From: Vulcanimicrobiota bacterium
GTDB taxonomy: Bacteria > Vulcanimicrobiota > Xenobia > Xenobiales > JADMJV01
Direction of reading: 5' to 3'
DNA: 64,000 nt
Assembly (NCBI GenBank): GCA_019637395.1
Contig: JAHBVR010000005.1
Span: 65,312-129,311 of the forward strand
Below are positions 9,932 to 19,300 of the stretch, one piece after another. A program made the position numbers and the translations under genes. The notes below the pieces were generated by a model, which saw only the letters and a program-made list of their open reading frames with translations, was not told where the DNA came from and ran no database searches. Position 1 is the stretch's first letter. Each line of letters opens with the position of its first letter.

Positions 9932-10271
9932 ATCAATTGGTCAAATCCCCATACAGCCTGGAGATGAAGGCCGTGGCTTGACAAACAACAGAAATGCCAG
10001 GCGCGGGATCGGACTCGCAAGTTGGGTGCCCTAAATCGACAAAGCCTGTGGAAGCTGCCGTGCCTATGGAAAAATGCTGGGGCATTTTTCCACAGGCACT
10101 TGGATAACTTGCTCGCTTAGGCTCGCAAGTTACCCACAGCTCCCACAGGCACGACGACGATTACTATTGATAGATCTATATTTTATGGGGCTGGTGGCCG
10201 GGCTTCGCCCGGAACCGAGACGAACCCAGGGCCAGCACCGTGGGCGATAGCTGAGAGGCTGGCGCTTAGCG

Positions 10272-10306
10272 CCAGAACAAAGAAAAGCGGGCTCGCGGGC
10301 CCGCTT
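10272..10306 (-). terminator. rho-independent terminator downstream of the RHS-immunity operon
   Basis: Stem AAGCGGGC/GCCCGCTT with a 6-nt loop, followed on the minus strand by TTTTCTTTGTT. Confidence 0.55.
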
Positions 10307-10426
10307 AAAGATCGGCTTGGTTGAAAGACTTCCGGGTATTTCGACCCCGGCGGTCGAGGGTTCGTGGTTGGGGCTCACGCCCCAACCACGAACTCACTTT
10401 ACAGTGCCCAGAAACCCTGACGGTAT

Positions 10427-10798
10427 CTAGTCCGAAGTGCAAGGTTCGTCAAAGATCAGTGTAACAGCTTTCTGTTCCAACAAGTCTTGGATCTGCTCGC
10501 GTTTTGAGACTTCAAGTTCGACATAAGTCAACTCAATACCCGATTCGAGCTTGTCCTCCATCACTTCAATCAGCTTGCGCACGCCACAAAACACCATTCG
10601 AGCAGGCTTATCGTCACAGTGGGACGATCCCCACTCCAAGTCTTCGTGCTTCTTCCCAAGCGCAAGCGACTTGGCACTTGCCTCTTCTGAATTCTCCGCC
10701 TCAATCAAATGAATGTTCTCCCAAAGCGGAAACTTCTCTTGTCCTTCAAACTCAACCACATACAGGAGATGGGCACAGTACCACATCGCTTCCTCCAC
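10427..10798 (-). CDS. putative RHS-toxin immunity protein; may resemble the DUF4288 family
   Basis: A 123-aa acidic cytoplasmic protein encoded immediately 3' of the RHS gene. Its start abuts the RHS stop. This is the classical toxin-immunity arrangement. Confidence 0.55.
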   Translation of the reverse strand: MEEAMWYCAHLLYVVEFEGQEKFPLWENIHLIEAENSEEASAKSLALGKKHEDLEWGSSHCDDKPARMVFCGVRKLIEVMEDKLESGIELTYVELEVSKREQIQDLLEQKAVTLIFDEPCTSD

Positions 10799-13700
10799 TA
10801 ACTATAATTAACTTCACCGCGCTTGCCCTTGTTGGCACAGCCCTCAAATTTAAGAGCCTGCTTGATCTTCATTTTCTTCGCAGAATCAGTTGTGTTTTTC
10901 AGCAGTTCTCGCAGCCATTTGCAAATGTCTTCCTTCGTGGCGCATCTACCCAGAGTCGTCCGAGCTAAGCGCGTATACTCATTGGACTCCTTGCTACCAT
11001 TCTGAATGTCAGTAGATTGCCTCCTGCGCTCCTGAGCTTGCTTCATTCTCTCCCTCAGGTACTGGTCCTGAGACTTCGGAGTCGGCAACCATTCTGGAAC
11101 ATGTCTGCCGTATCTGTAAAGCCATTCCGAGTACCCTTCCTGAGAATTCCGCAATGCGTCTGCTTCAAATTCATACTCTCCAGCCGAGCTGGGAGGCTGA
11201 TAAGGCCAACGATTACGGTCGGTTCCTACCGGCACAGAGAAACCTCCGGGACCATCTGGGAGAGTGCCTCTCGTGTTAGGATTCCAGGGAACTGGCGCGG
11301 GCTCTGGCAAGCCCCCGCCGCCAAGATTGACGCTATCTGGCATCGACATTGGCGACCTGGGCAAAGCGCCGCCCATACCTCCACCAGGCAAAATGACTGG
11401 ACTGCCACCGCCAGGCCCAAGCCCAGTCGGGTCACTGAGAGACGCGGGGCTGTTGCCGGTGTAGACATATAGATTCGCGCCGGCATCGTGACCAACCGGG
11501 TCACGGGATAGAAAACGCATCAATCGAGGGTCGTAGTGTCTTGCGCGCATATATACGAAGCCTGTCAAGGGATCTTTGCGACATGCAAATCCCCCAACGA
11601 AGCTGTAGCACATACCGCCCGGCACGTTATCAAAGCTGCTTGCGAGGGCGTTACCCCAAGCATCTAGCTCGAATCTGGCAACGATGTCGCCTTGGTCATC
11701 GGTCACTAGACGCACTGAGCCCAGTGCGTCCGTGTGCACATCGTATCGATCCTCACCGCGAATGAAACTCAGCAATTCGCCTTCTGGAGCACAGTAAGTG
11801 GTCGTCAAAACGCCGTCGGTCTCGCGGATCACATCGACATTTTCCCACAAGAATGCCACCACTTGTGAGCCATCATCTCGAGAGAGCATTCGCCCGAAAT
11901 GGTCGTATGCATACGATACATCGACACTTCCTGGCCCCTGCACGCGGGTCAAAAAGTTACCATCCAGCGTGTCCCACGTATAAGTCCACGTGTCCACACC
12001 GTTGGTCTTACCCGTCATATTACCGTTGAGGTCGTAAGAGAACGTCCAAGTATCGCCACCTACGTCCTGTCGCATCACCTGATTCAACGAATTCAGGCGC
12101 TCCCCAGAACTCCAACCAGCGTCGTCGCGGACGTCTTCGCTGACGCCCAGGTCGTCGATAGTCGTGATGCGCAGAATGTTCCCCGCCTCATCATATCGGG
12201 TCCGTAAGACTCGCGAACCGGCATCACTACCGGCGTTGCAGGTCAGCTGGATGTCAGACAGAGTCGGCGTATCCGTCCCGTTGCCGGTCAGCACCGCCCG
12301 CACCATCGCATAGCGGCCCGTCTTGCCCGAGGGCAAGGCCTCGCCGGCGGGAGTCGTAAAATTCCCACCCCCGGTCGGCCCGAACCAGGCCGGAGGACTC
12401 ACAAAGTCCTCGAACTCGGCGTAGTCGTCGGCGACGCAGACCTCCAGCTCCACGTCGCAGCCGGGGGGCAGGTCCTCCACCCATGAGACCCTATCCCATG
12501 ACACGGATCGACCCGCATCATATATAGGACTGGTGTAGACTCCTTCGGTCGCCAGAGCGTTACCGTTCCGCTGCAGGTTGCTGAAGTGGAAGCTCCCTGC
12601 GGTCTGCTTCCCGTAGAAGTTAATCACCAGATTCATGTCATAGGTCGGGGAAGACCCGGTCGTGAACAGCGTGCTCCAGGTCGAAGCCCCCTGTTCGCGG
12701 TGGTAACCCTTAAAGATGTCTCCGGTCCGGGTCAGGCGAATCTGGCCGGCCGGGAACAGGCTGGTGTACCCGAAGGCCGAGCTCGAGCCCGGTAGCACCT
12801 GGCGGAAAGCTACGTTGTTGGCGGAGTTGGTCGACTTGGTGATCTCGATGGCGAACCACGCATAAATTCCGGGATAAGAGGGGGCCTCCAGGGTGTTCGG
12901 GGTCACCGCCAACCGGGCCAACATTCGGCCTCCTGAGTGAGTGAAGGCCGGATCCACCCCGAGGTAGTCCAGAGAGACGTCAAAGTCTCCGCTCAACACC
13001 TCGTTGTGATAGAGGTCCACGTTGTGATCTACCGGGTAGATGTTTCTTTCCGGGTAGCCCCCCCAGGAAGCGCTGTGAAACTCGTTGTCGATGCCCACGT
13101 GGTTGTCGACGGGAGCCCGGTGCAAGTGGCTCTGGTTGTGCAGTGCTCTTGGATAGGTGTAATGCAAGCCGTCCTTATGGCGCAGCTCGCATCCCACCGT
13201 GTCCATCTCGCCGGGAGCGCCTTGCTGGGTCAGTTGGCGACTCTCCACCCTCCAACGCTGCAAATTCAGCTCCGGGCCGGCAAAGTTGTCGTTGAACGGC
13301 AGCAGCTTCATGGTCTGCGTATTGTCGTCGAACTCCAGGCGCTGCCATTGGCCCTGTCTCCACACCGAGGGCTGATGAATGCAGAAGCGGTTATGGCTCT
13401 CCTCCACCAGGCGTCCGGCGCTATCGGTCAGGTAGGTGAAGGTGTCCAGATCGGTCTGCTGGGCGATGCGATCGCCCGCCAGACTGTACCCGTAGCGCAT
13501 CTCCATAAGAGGCTCGCTGCCCTGCACCACCTTGCTCAGCAATTTGCCCACGATGTCATACGACATCAGGTCGGTGAGCGAATTGTTGTGGCTGATCTGG
13601 GTGCAACGCCCGTCCGCATCATATTGCATGGAGGTGGTGTCTGCGTTGGCGTCCTCCACCGTCAGCAAGCGGCCCACGTCGTCTCGGCCCAGGCTGGGCA

Positions 13701-16700
13701 CGCTCCAAATGACCTCATCGCCCCCGTAGCGGGATGAACCGTAGCGAGCCACACCATAGAAGGCTCCCTCTTTCAGGCTCATCCTCTGGCCCGTTTCGTT
13801 GTATTCCGAAACCAGGCTGACCTGGTCGGCATACTGCTGGCCAATCAGGCGGTTTAGCGCATCGTACCGATAGTTCCAACCATTTCCACTACGCTCCACA
13901 GTGGATAGCAGGTTGCCCACCTTGTCGTAAGTCAGTGCTACCGTAGTTGTGTCCGGATACGTGATCCGTTCCAGGCGATGCAGCTCATCGTAAGCATAGA
14001 CGCGCTCCTGAGCCAGGTTGTCCTCATAGCCGGTCAGGTCTCCCGCCGCGCTATACGCGAACGATTCGGTGGTGTTATCCGGATAGAGGATGGTCTTGAG
14101 GCGGTGCAGGGCGTCCCACTCAAATTCGGTGTCCTGGTCCACTCCTTGCGATCGGAGGCGGAACAGCACCAGATCCATCTTTTCATCGTATTCGAAAAAC
14201 AGCTCGTTCCCCAGGCTGTCGGCCACGCGAATCACCCGATCCAGAGTATCAAACTCGCGCAGAATCGTCCGCCCGTCTGGGTCACGCGTCAAAAACGCTC
14301 GGCCCAGCCGGTCGTATTCCGTGCGCTGGCGGGCTCCGTCCGGGAAACAGACCTCACGCAGGTTCTCGCCGTCGAACTCAAAGCAAGTGCTCAGACGCTG
14401 TAGTTGCAGATTTTTGGCTCCCAGCGGCGCACTGCCCGAAGATAGCTTGAGCCGCGCCGAACCCAGTCCGGGCCGGCGCAACGAGGCCTGGATGTCACCG
14501 GGAACGTCCAGTCGGCTGCGCGGCACCTGCTCCCAATCCTGGCTGGTCGGCGCGTAGTCCTCGCCTTCCACGGTGTCCGCCAAAGCCGTGTGGGTGTTGG
14601 ATGGATAGTCTTTGTGCACTCGATACTGAAACTCCATGCGGGCTTCGGTGGTGCCGCTGGTGCCGTCTTCCTTGCGAACCAGGAAATGGGCAATATAGCG
14701 GCCGCCTGCACTGAGGGGAGTATTCTTCTGCTCCCAGGTATGCACCGAAGAAGTCAGCGGAAGATAAGCCTGACCGTTGGCCTCCACCCCGCGGTTGGCG
14801 CTTGCGTTGGGCGTCCAGTAGCGAGGCACGATTTCTCCCCAAGGATCTTCCCAACTATCCACGGCATAAGGTTTGCCTTCCTGGCCGCTCGGATTGTAGA
14901 GGACGTTCTTGGCGCCCTCCAATACGATGTCGTCCAGCTCTTCCTGGTTTCCGTTAGGCGAGGTCACACCCGTCACTCGGCCCAGAGAATCCAGAGCGTA
15001 GCGAAGCTTGGCCTGGTCGGCGTATTCCGTCTCGATCAACTGGTTGGCGCCGTCGTAGCGGAAGTTGGTGACCTTGCCGCGGACATCGGTGACCGTTTCC
15101 ACCTCTCCCGAATTGCGATAGGTCATCAAAGTGGTCTGTTCCAGCGCGTCGGTGATTTTCCACAAGCGTTGGTGCTTGTAGGCAAAGGCCGTCACCCGAC
15201 CTTCCTGGTCCTCGCTTTCGGTCAGACGCCCGCCGGCATCGTAGGTGCGGAAGCTCGAGTTGCCCGCCGCATCCTCTACTTCGATGACCCGGTTGCGGTC
15301 ATCAAAAGTAAACAAGGTCGTGCGCATGTCGGCATCGGTCACGCTGGTCACATTGCCGTTCAGGTCGTAGACGAAAGCCGTGGTGCCTCCCAGCGGGTCC
15401 TCCACGCTGGTCAGGTTCTTGTAGGCGTCTTCGTAGTAATAGAGAGTAGGATTGGTCTGGCCAGGCTCCAGCGAGCTGGTCAGAGTGCCGTCCAGTTCAT
15501 CGTACTCCTTGGTCCAGGTATTCCCGGACCCATCCACCACGCCGATGAGTTGGCCCGCCTCGTTATAGGCCATTCGCGTGGTGCGATTCTCATAGGGGTC
15601 GAAGGCAAGGGCCGAGAGCACGGCATCGCCCACCACGCTCAAGTCAAAATCAACTCCGTCCTCCACCTGCGTGGCATTGTTTCCACGCGCGCGAATCTCG
15701 ACCAGAATGTCGCCCTCGCCGGAGCGCACCGGGAAGGTTGCCCAGCAACCGCCGGCATTGTTGGTTATGCGGAAAGATTGGGTTCCCAAAGAGTCGGTGA
15801 CCAGCATCTCGACATCGTAGCCCAACTGTTCGTTGTATTGCATGGGCACATCGGAGTGCGGCGCGATGTCGGTGGCGCAGGTATACAGCGACAGGTTGAA
15901 GTCGGTCTCTTCTTCCATCTCCAGGGTGAACTGGAAGCGACGGTAGGGGACATCTTCCTCATCCAGCGCCGAGCGCCAGTAGCCCTGGGTCGACTTGATC
16001 CTTCCTTCGTCCGCGTAACGCAAGTTACGGGGGTCTCGGTTGTGAAAGTCGTCGATCAGGTCGAGCTCGGTGATCACCGGCTCCACATCGCCCACGCCCT
16101 TGCTGACGGCGGAAATGTAAGCCGGTAGAGAAGCCACGTCGGCACTGCCGGTGGCACCGCACAGCAAATGCCCATCCTTGCCATAGTGACCCTGCCACTC
16201 GCCCTGAACAGAGAAATTGGCCCGCCCCGGAGTCACCGAGACCAGGCGGTCCTGTGAATACTCATAGTGAGTCATAAGGCCGTTTCCATCCAACGCTAAC
16301 ACCATATTTCCTCGCAGATCATAGACATAGCGTCGAAAGCGCATGTTGGCCTGGTCGCGGATACCCAGGTAGGCAACCCCATTTTCGAAATTCCAGGGAT
16401 CGAAATTCAGATGACCCGAGGCTTCGTAGAGCAATTGCGACTGGGGCCCCCAGAAGAAACGGCGTTGATGATTGTTCGGATCGATGATGCGGCGCAGGTT
16501 GCCGGTCAGGTCAAACACATACCGCCAGCTCTCCCCATTCGCGTCTGTGAGGGTGGTTCGATGAAAGGAGGCTATCTGGCCTGCTTCCGGGCCGGAAACA
16601 TACTCAAAATGAGGGTCGGCATAGGTATAGGTCAGAACTTGTCCCCGCGAATCGGTAACCGTCAGCAACTGGCCGGACGCTCCGAAGGTATAGGCCCACT

Positions 16701-17451
16701 CCTGGTCCACCAACGGCATCTCTTCCGGGTCGCGCGGGATCGGGTCGATACGGCCCGTGCTCAGGTGGTCGTTATAGCGGAAGGTGGTAACGCAACCCTC
16801 GGGTCCCTGGACTTCCACCAGGTCGCCGTTTTCATCGAGCTGCAAGACCCAATCCTTGCCACGGGGGTCGGTGATGGTGATGGTGTCGGTGCCGTAGGCA
16901 AGGAGAATTTTTCGACCCACGGAGACGCCGACGCAGTTCTCCTCTACCTCGGCCAACTGGTCGCTCACATAGCTCAGCTCCAGAGAGTTGCCGATGGTAT
17001 CCAGGCAGCGCAGCAGACGGCCGTTTTCGTCGAACTGGAAGATATTGCCGTCTGGATAGTAGCTGATCTGCCATTCGTCGCCCGGCAGCGAGGTCAGGGT
17101 GAGCTTGTCAAACACCCCTTCATCCAGATCCAGCTCCCAGGTGCCGCTGTTGTCCAGGAAGACAAAGCGCCTGCCGCTCTCATCCACGAAAGCGGGAGCG
17201 GTCGAACTGGGCTCGATCCGGAGTTGCCAGTTGTGATTCCAACCATAGCCGAAACCTTGTGTGGAATCTGCCGACAGACTGTTATAGACCAGGGTGAAGT
17301 TCAGCGAAGGTCCGATGGTCGGAACCGAGATCAAGTTCATGGTCCGAAAAAAGTTGCCGTTTTCCACCCGGACTTTTTCGCTCAGGGCACAGCCCTGAAA
17401 GAGGGATTGATAGCCGTCCACAGAGATCGGCTGGGGAAACATCTGATTCAT
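10798..17451 (-). CDS. RHS/YD-repeat polymorphic toxin (2217 aa). It has a LamG/ConA-like insert and an uncharacterised C-terminal toxin domain.
   Basis: Dozens of YD repeats (YDxxGRL, RYxYDxxGNL). The RHS core end motif NLYVYTGNSPASLSDPTGL lies at ~11411-11470. It is followed by ~205 aa of unrelated sequence. AGGAG RBS upstream of the ATG at 17451. Confidence 0.9.
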   Translation of the reverse strand: MNQMFPQPISVDGYQSLFQGCALSEKVRVENGNFFRTMNLISVPTIGPSLNFTLVYNSLSADSTQGFGYGWNHNWQLRIEPSSTAPAFVDESGRRFVFLDNSGTWELDLDEGVFDKLTLTSLPGDEWQISYYPDGNIFQFDENGRLLRCLDTIGNSLELSYVSDQLAEVEENCVGVSVGRKILLAYGTDTITITDPRGKDWVLQLDENGDLVEVQGPEGCVTTFRYNDHLSTGRIDPIPRDPEEMPLVDQEWAYTFGASGQLLTVTDSRGQVLTYTYADPHFEYVSGPEAGQIASFHRTTLTDANGESWRYVFDLTGNLRRIIDPNNHQRRFFWGPQSQLLYEASGHLNFDPWNFENGVAYLGIRDQANMRFRRYVYDLRGNMVLALDGNGLMTHYEYSQDRLVSVTPGRANFSVQGEWQGHYGKDGHLLCGATGSADVASLPAYISAVSKGVGDVEPVITELDLIDDFHNRDPRNLRYADEGRIKSTQGYWRSALDEEDVPYRRFQFTLEMEEETDFNLSLYTCATDIAPHSDVPMQYNEQLGYDVEMLVTDSLGTQSFRITNNAGGCWATFPVRSGEGDILVEIRARGNNATQVEDGVDFDLSVVGDAVLSALAFDPYENRTTRMAYNEAGQLIGVVDGSGNTWTKEYDELDGTLTSSLEPGQTNPTLYYYEDAYKNLTSVEDPLGGTTAFVYDLNGNVTSVTDADMRTTLFTFDDRNRVIEVEDAAGNSSFRTYDAGGRLTESEDQEGRVTAFAYKHQRLWKITDALEQTTLMTYRNSGEVETVTDVRGKVTNFRYDGANQLIETEYADQAKLRYALDSLGRVTGVTSPNGNQEELDDIVLEGAKNVLYNPSGQEGKPYAVDSWEDPWGEIVPRYWTPNASANRGVEANGQAYLPLTSSVHTWEQKNTPLSAGGRYIAHFLVRKEDGTSGTTEARMEFQYRVHKDYPSNTHTALADTVEGEDYAPTSQDWEQVPRSRLDVPGDIQASLRRPGLGSARLKLSSGSAPLGAKNLQLQRLSTCFEFDGENLREVCFPDGARQRTEYDRLGRAFLTRDPDGRTILREFDTLDRVIRVADSLGNELFFEYDEKMDLVLFRLRSQGVDQDTEFEWDALHRLKTILYPDNTTESFAYSAAGDLTGYEDNLAQERVYAYDELHRLERITYPDTTTVALTYDKVGNLLSTVERSGNGWNYRYDALNRLIGQQYADQVSLVSEYNETGQRMSLKEGAFYGVARYGSSRYGGDEVIWSVPSLGRDDVGRLLTVEDANADTTSMQYDADGRCTQISHNNSLTDLMSYDIVGKLLSKVVQGSEPLMEMRYGYSLAGDRIAQQTDLDTFTYLTDSAGRLVEESHNRFCIHQPSVWRQGQWQRLEFDDNTQTMKLLPFNDNFAGPELNLQRWRVESRQLTQQGAPGEMDTVGCELRHKDGLHYTYPRALHNQSHLHRAPVDNHVGIDNEFHSASWGGYPERNIYPVDHNVDLYHNEVLSGDFDVSLDYLGVDPAFTHSGGRMLARLAVTPNTLEAPSYPGIYAWFAIEITKSTNSANNVAFRQVLPGSSSAFGYTSLFPAGQIRLTRTGDIFKGYHREQGASTWSTLFTTGSSPTYDMNLVINFYGKQTAGSFHFSNLQRNGNALATEGVYTSPIYDAGRSVSWDRVSWVEDLPPGCDVELEVCVADDYAEFEDFVSPPAWFGPTGGGNFTTPAGEALPSGKTGRYAMVRAVLTGNGTDTPTLSDIQLTCNAGSDAGSRVLRTRYDEAGNILRITTIDDLGVSEDVRDDAGWSSGERLNSLNQVMRQDVGGDTWTFSYDLNGNMTGKTNGVDTWTYTWDTLDGNFLTRVQGPGSVDVSYAYDHFGRMLSRDDGSQVVAFLWENVDVIRETDGVLTTTYCAPEGELLSFIRGEDRYDVHTDALGSVRLVTDDQGDIVARFELDAWGNALASSFDNVPGGMCYSFVGGFACRKDPLTGFVYMRARHYDPRLMRFLSRDPVGHDAGANLYVYTGNSPASLSDPTGLGPGGGSPVILPGGGMGGALPRSPMSMPDSVNLGGGGLPEPAPVPWNPNTRGTLPDGPGGFSVPVGTDRNRWPYQPPSSAGEYEFEADALRNSQEGYSEWLYRYGRHVPEWLPTPKSQDQYLRERMKQAQERRRQSTDIQNGSKESNEYTRLARTTLGRCATKEDICKWLRELLKNTTDSAKKMKIKQALKFEGCANKGKRGEVNYS

Positions 17452-17469
17452 TTCGATACTCCTTAAATT

Positions 17470-18063
17470 TTACTGTTTCTTGTTGCTGGGACAGGTCGGT
17501 CCGCCGCGGGTTTTAGGAACCGGCCGGTTCTTGTAGATACCGAGGCGCTCCATATCGGTGGTCCCGATGCCGTGGTTACTGGGCAGGCCGCCCGCTAACC
17601 CGACTCCGCCAGCGCCGACCGAACCCGAGCTGCGCAGCAGTCCGCCGCCAAACCCGGGGGGCAGCAGGGGCGCAATCCAGGCCAGGTCGTCGATGAAATA
17701 GGGCGATGCCCGCTTGATTTGAGGGCTCGCCGAGTAATCATGGTAAGAACGGCCCGTTTCCTGACCGCCCACCGGCACGCCGCCGCAAGCGCCATTGCTG
17801 CCGCCCGCCGCCACCGCACTGGCTCCGCTGAGCGAAGCTCCGCCGGCGCCAGCCGGTCCACCGCCCGGGCCGGCGGCTCCACCGCACAAACTGGCGGTGC
17901 CGCCGCTGGAAGCCAGAGACTGTTGGCCCATCACCAGCAGGCGATTGGCCTGTTGGCTGTAGAGCACGCTTCCAACTGAACCATTCAGCCCGTCCGTCAC
18001 AAAAGGTGTATAAACTGCCCTGGCATTCACCAATTGGGCTATTTTAGGATGTAAAAGGAACAT
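17470..18063 (-). CDS. glycine-rich repeat protein (197 aa, 3 Cys), candidate substrate or partner of the adjacent radical SAM/SPASM enzyme
   Basis: ATG sits 4 nt after the radical SAM stop, with a GGAGGAGG RBS. Composition is GG(A/S/P)-rich (GGAAGPGGGPAGAGGASLSGASAVAAGGSNGACGG). It ends 18 nt before the RHS start. Confidence 0.55.
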   Translation of the reverse strand: MFLLHPKIAQLVNARAVYTPFVTDGLNGSVGSVLYSQQANRLLVMGQQSLASSGGTASLCGGAAGPGGGPAGAGGASLSGASAVAAGGSNGACGGVPVGGQETGRSYHDYSASPQIKRASPYFIDDLAWIAPLLPPGFGGGLLRSSGSVGAGGVGLAGGLPSNHGIGTTDMERLGIYKNRPVPKTRGGPTCPSNKKQ

Positions 18064-18067
18064 ACAT

Positions 18068-19300
18068 TTAAACCTCCTCCGAGATAGGTCGCGCCTCCTG
18101 AAACATCAGGGGCATTTCTTGTTGAGATAGGACCGTCGCGAGAAACTGCGGGTCCCCCCGAAGCTCCTGGTAGATGCGGTCGACCTGTAGGACCAGCTCC
18201 CGATTCAGGAGGCACTGGTTGGGATGAACCCCGTTCAAACCCAGACCGGCCTCCAGGGGAATCACGCGACAGCCGCCCGCGCATACGGTGCGGGCGATGC
18301 AGGTGGCGCAATCGGGGATCTGCGCCCGCGACAGGTGGACATAGTCCCAGCGTCGCGGAGGCAGACCAAGCTGGCGCCCGGCCACGCCGAATCGCTCGTG
18401 TTTCCGATAGAGATAGCGATGGCAGGGCAGAATGTTGCCTGCCGTGTCAAAGGCGAGCAGAGAAGTGCCCAGCGGGCAGGCCTTGGCCGGGCGCTCCTCC
18501 GTGCCGTAACGCAGGTGGTATTGGAGCAAACAGCTCCAGTAGTGGTGTAAAGCCGCAATCTTGCCGGCCCGAAACTCCGAGATGAACCAGTCAGCCAGGC
18601 GCTCAGACTGCATCCGCAGCTCCTCATGGTGCTGGCTCCAATCGGCCTCGACGACCGGCGCCAGCAAGATCCAACCCGCCCCCAGCTCCTGAGCGGCCAG
18701 CACCTTATCCAGCAGGTTCAGAGAACCAGGATGAAAGGTCATGCGGATGCTGGAGCTGGGACTCCAGGAAATCAGCTTGTTCAGATTGCGGCGCAGGTGG
18801 CCCCAGGAGTTACCCCCCGAAACCTTGGGCCTGAAATGGTGACTGGCTTCGTCCCCATCCAGACTGATCAGCAACTGCACCTCGCCTTCTTGCACAAAGC
18901 GACGAACCGACTCACCAGCCAGGGTTCCGTTGGTGGTCACTCCCAGAACGACCCGGTCCGCCCTCGGCCGAGTCCGCAAGTAACCCAACAAATCCAGCAG
19001 CAGCTCGCTGCGCAACAACGGCTCGCCCCCGAAGAAGTTGAGCCCTATGCACTCCTGGCCGGAAACCTCCGGCTGCAGGCAGTAGTCCACCACCTTCTTA
19101 GCCGTCTCGAAGGTCATGTGGCGGGGCTGCTTTTTGACGAAGCAATAGGTGCAGCGCAAATTGCACTCCTCGGTCACATAGACCATGAACGTAGTGACGG
19201 GCACCAAAGGCCGGCTCTCACGAACCGGCAAAGACATAAGCACAGTCAGACCCTCCTTAAAGTAGCGCCAGGCAGACGGCTTTGACGGCCATCCAGGCAT
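18068..19300 (-). CDS. radical SAM / SPASM-domain enzyme (peptide-modifying or maturase type)
   Basis: CNLRCTYC (CxxxCxxC) near the N-terminus. GGEPLL motif. A C-terminal Cys cluster CATCIARTVCAGGCRV is typical of SPASM auxiliary clusters. Confidence 0.8.
   Translation of the reverse strand: MPGWPSKPSAWRYFKEGLTVLMSLPVRESRPLVPVTTFMVYVTEECNLRCTYCFVKKQPRHMTFETAKKVVDYCLQPEVSGQECIGLNFFGGEPLLRSELLLDLLGYLRTRPRADRVVLGVTTNGTLAGESVRRFVQEGEVQLLISLDGDEASHHFRPKVSGGNSWGHLRRNLNKLISWSPSSSIRMTFHPGSLNLLDKVLAAQELGAGWILLAPVVEADWSQHHEELRMQSERLADWFISEFRAGKIAALHHYWSCLLQYHLRYGTEERPAKACPLGTSLLAFDTAGNILPCHRYLYRKHERFGVAGRQLGLPPRRWDYVHLSRAQIPDCATCIARTVCAGGCRVIPLEAGLGLNGVHPNQCLLNRELVLQVDRIYQELRGDPQFLATVLSQQEMPLMFQEARPISEEV

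Larger units (their letters stand above)
7125..9935 (-). mobile_element. IS21-family insertion sequence (istA-istB) with multimeric terminal repeats
   Basis: The istA (integrase-core transposase) and istB (AAA+ helper) pair is present. Four ~23-bp direct repeats of GTGGATCCnnnnGGTGCTC sit at 9840-9931. Their inverted counterparts (GGATCCACTCATGAGCGCCCACCGGGATCC) sit at 7131-7176. Length is ~2.8 kb. Confidence 0.8.

Noticed and set aside
10340-10395. tRNA-like fragment (GGTCGAGGGTTCG ... stem) considered as a tRNA gene or att remnant
   Set aside because: It is a simple 15-bp perfect hairpin with a 4-nt loop. No acceptor, D or anticodon arms can be built.
11017-17466. Many long plus-strand ORFs inside the RHS gene region (e.g. 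12937-13737, 14590-16128, 16411-17466)
   Set aside because: They lie antisense to a gene with clear YD-repeat homology. They are low-complexity Ala/Gly/Arg-rich products typical of shadow frames in high-GC DNA.
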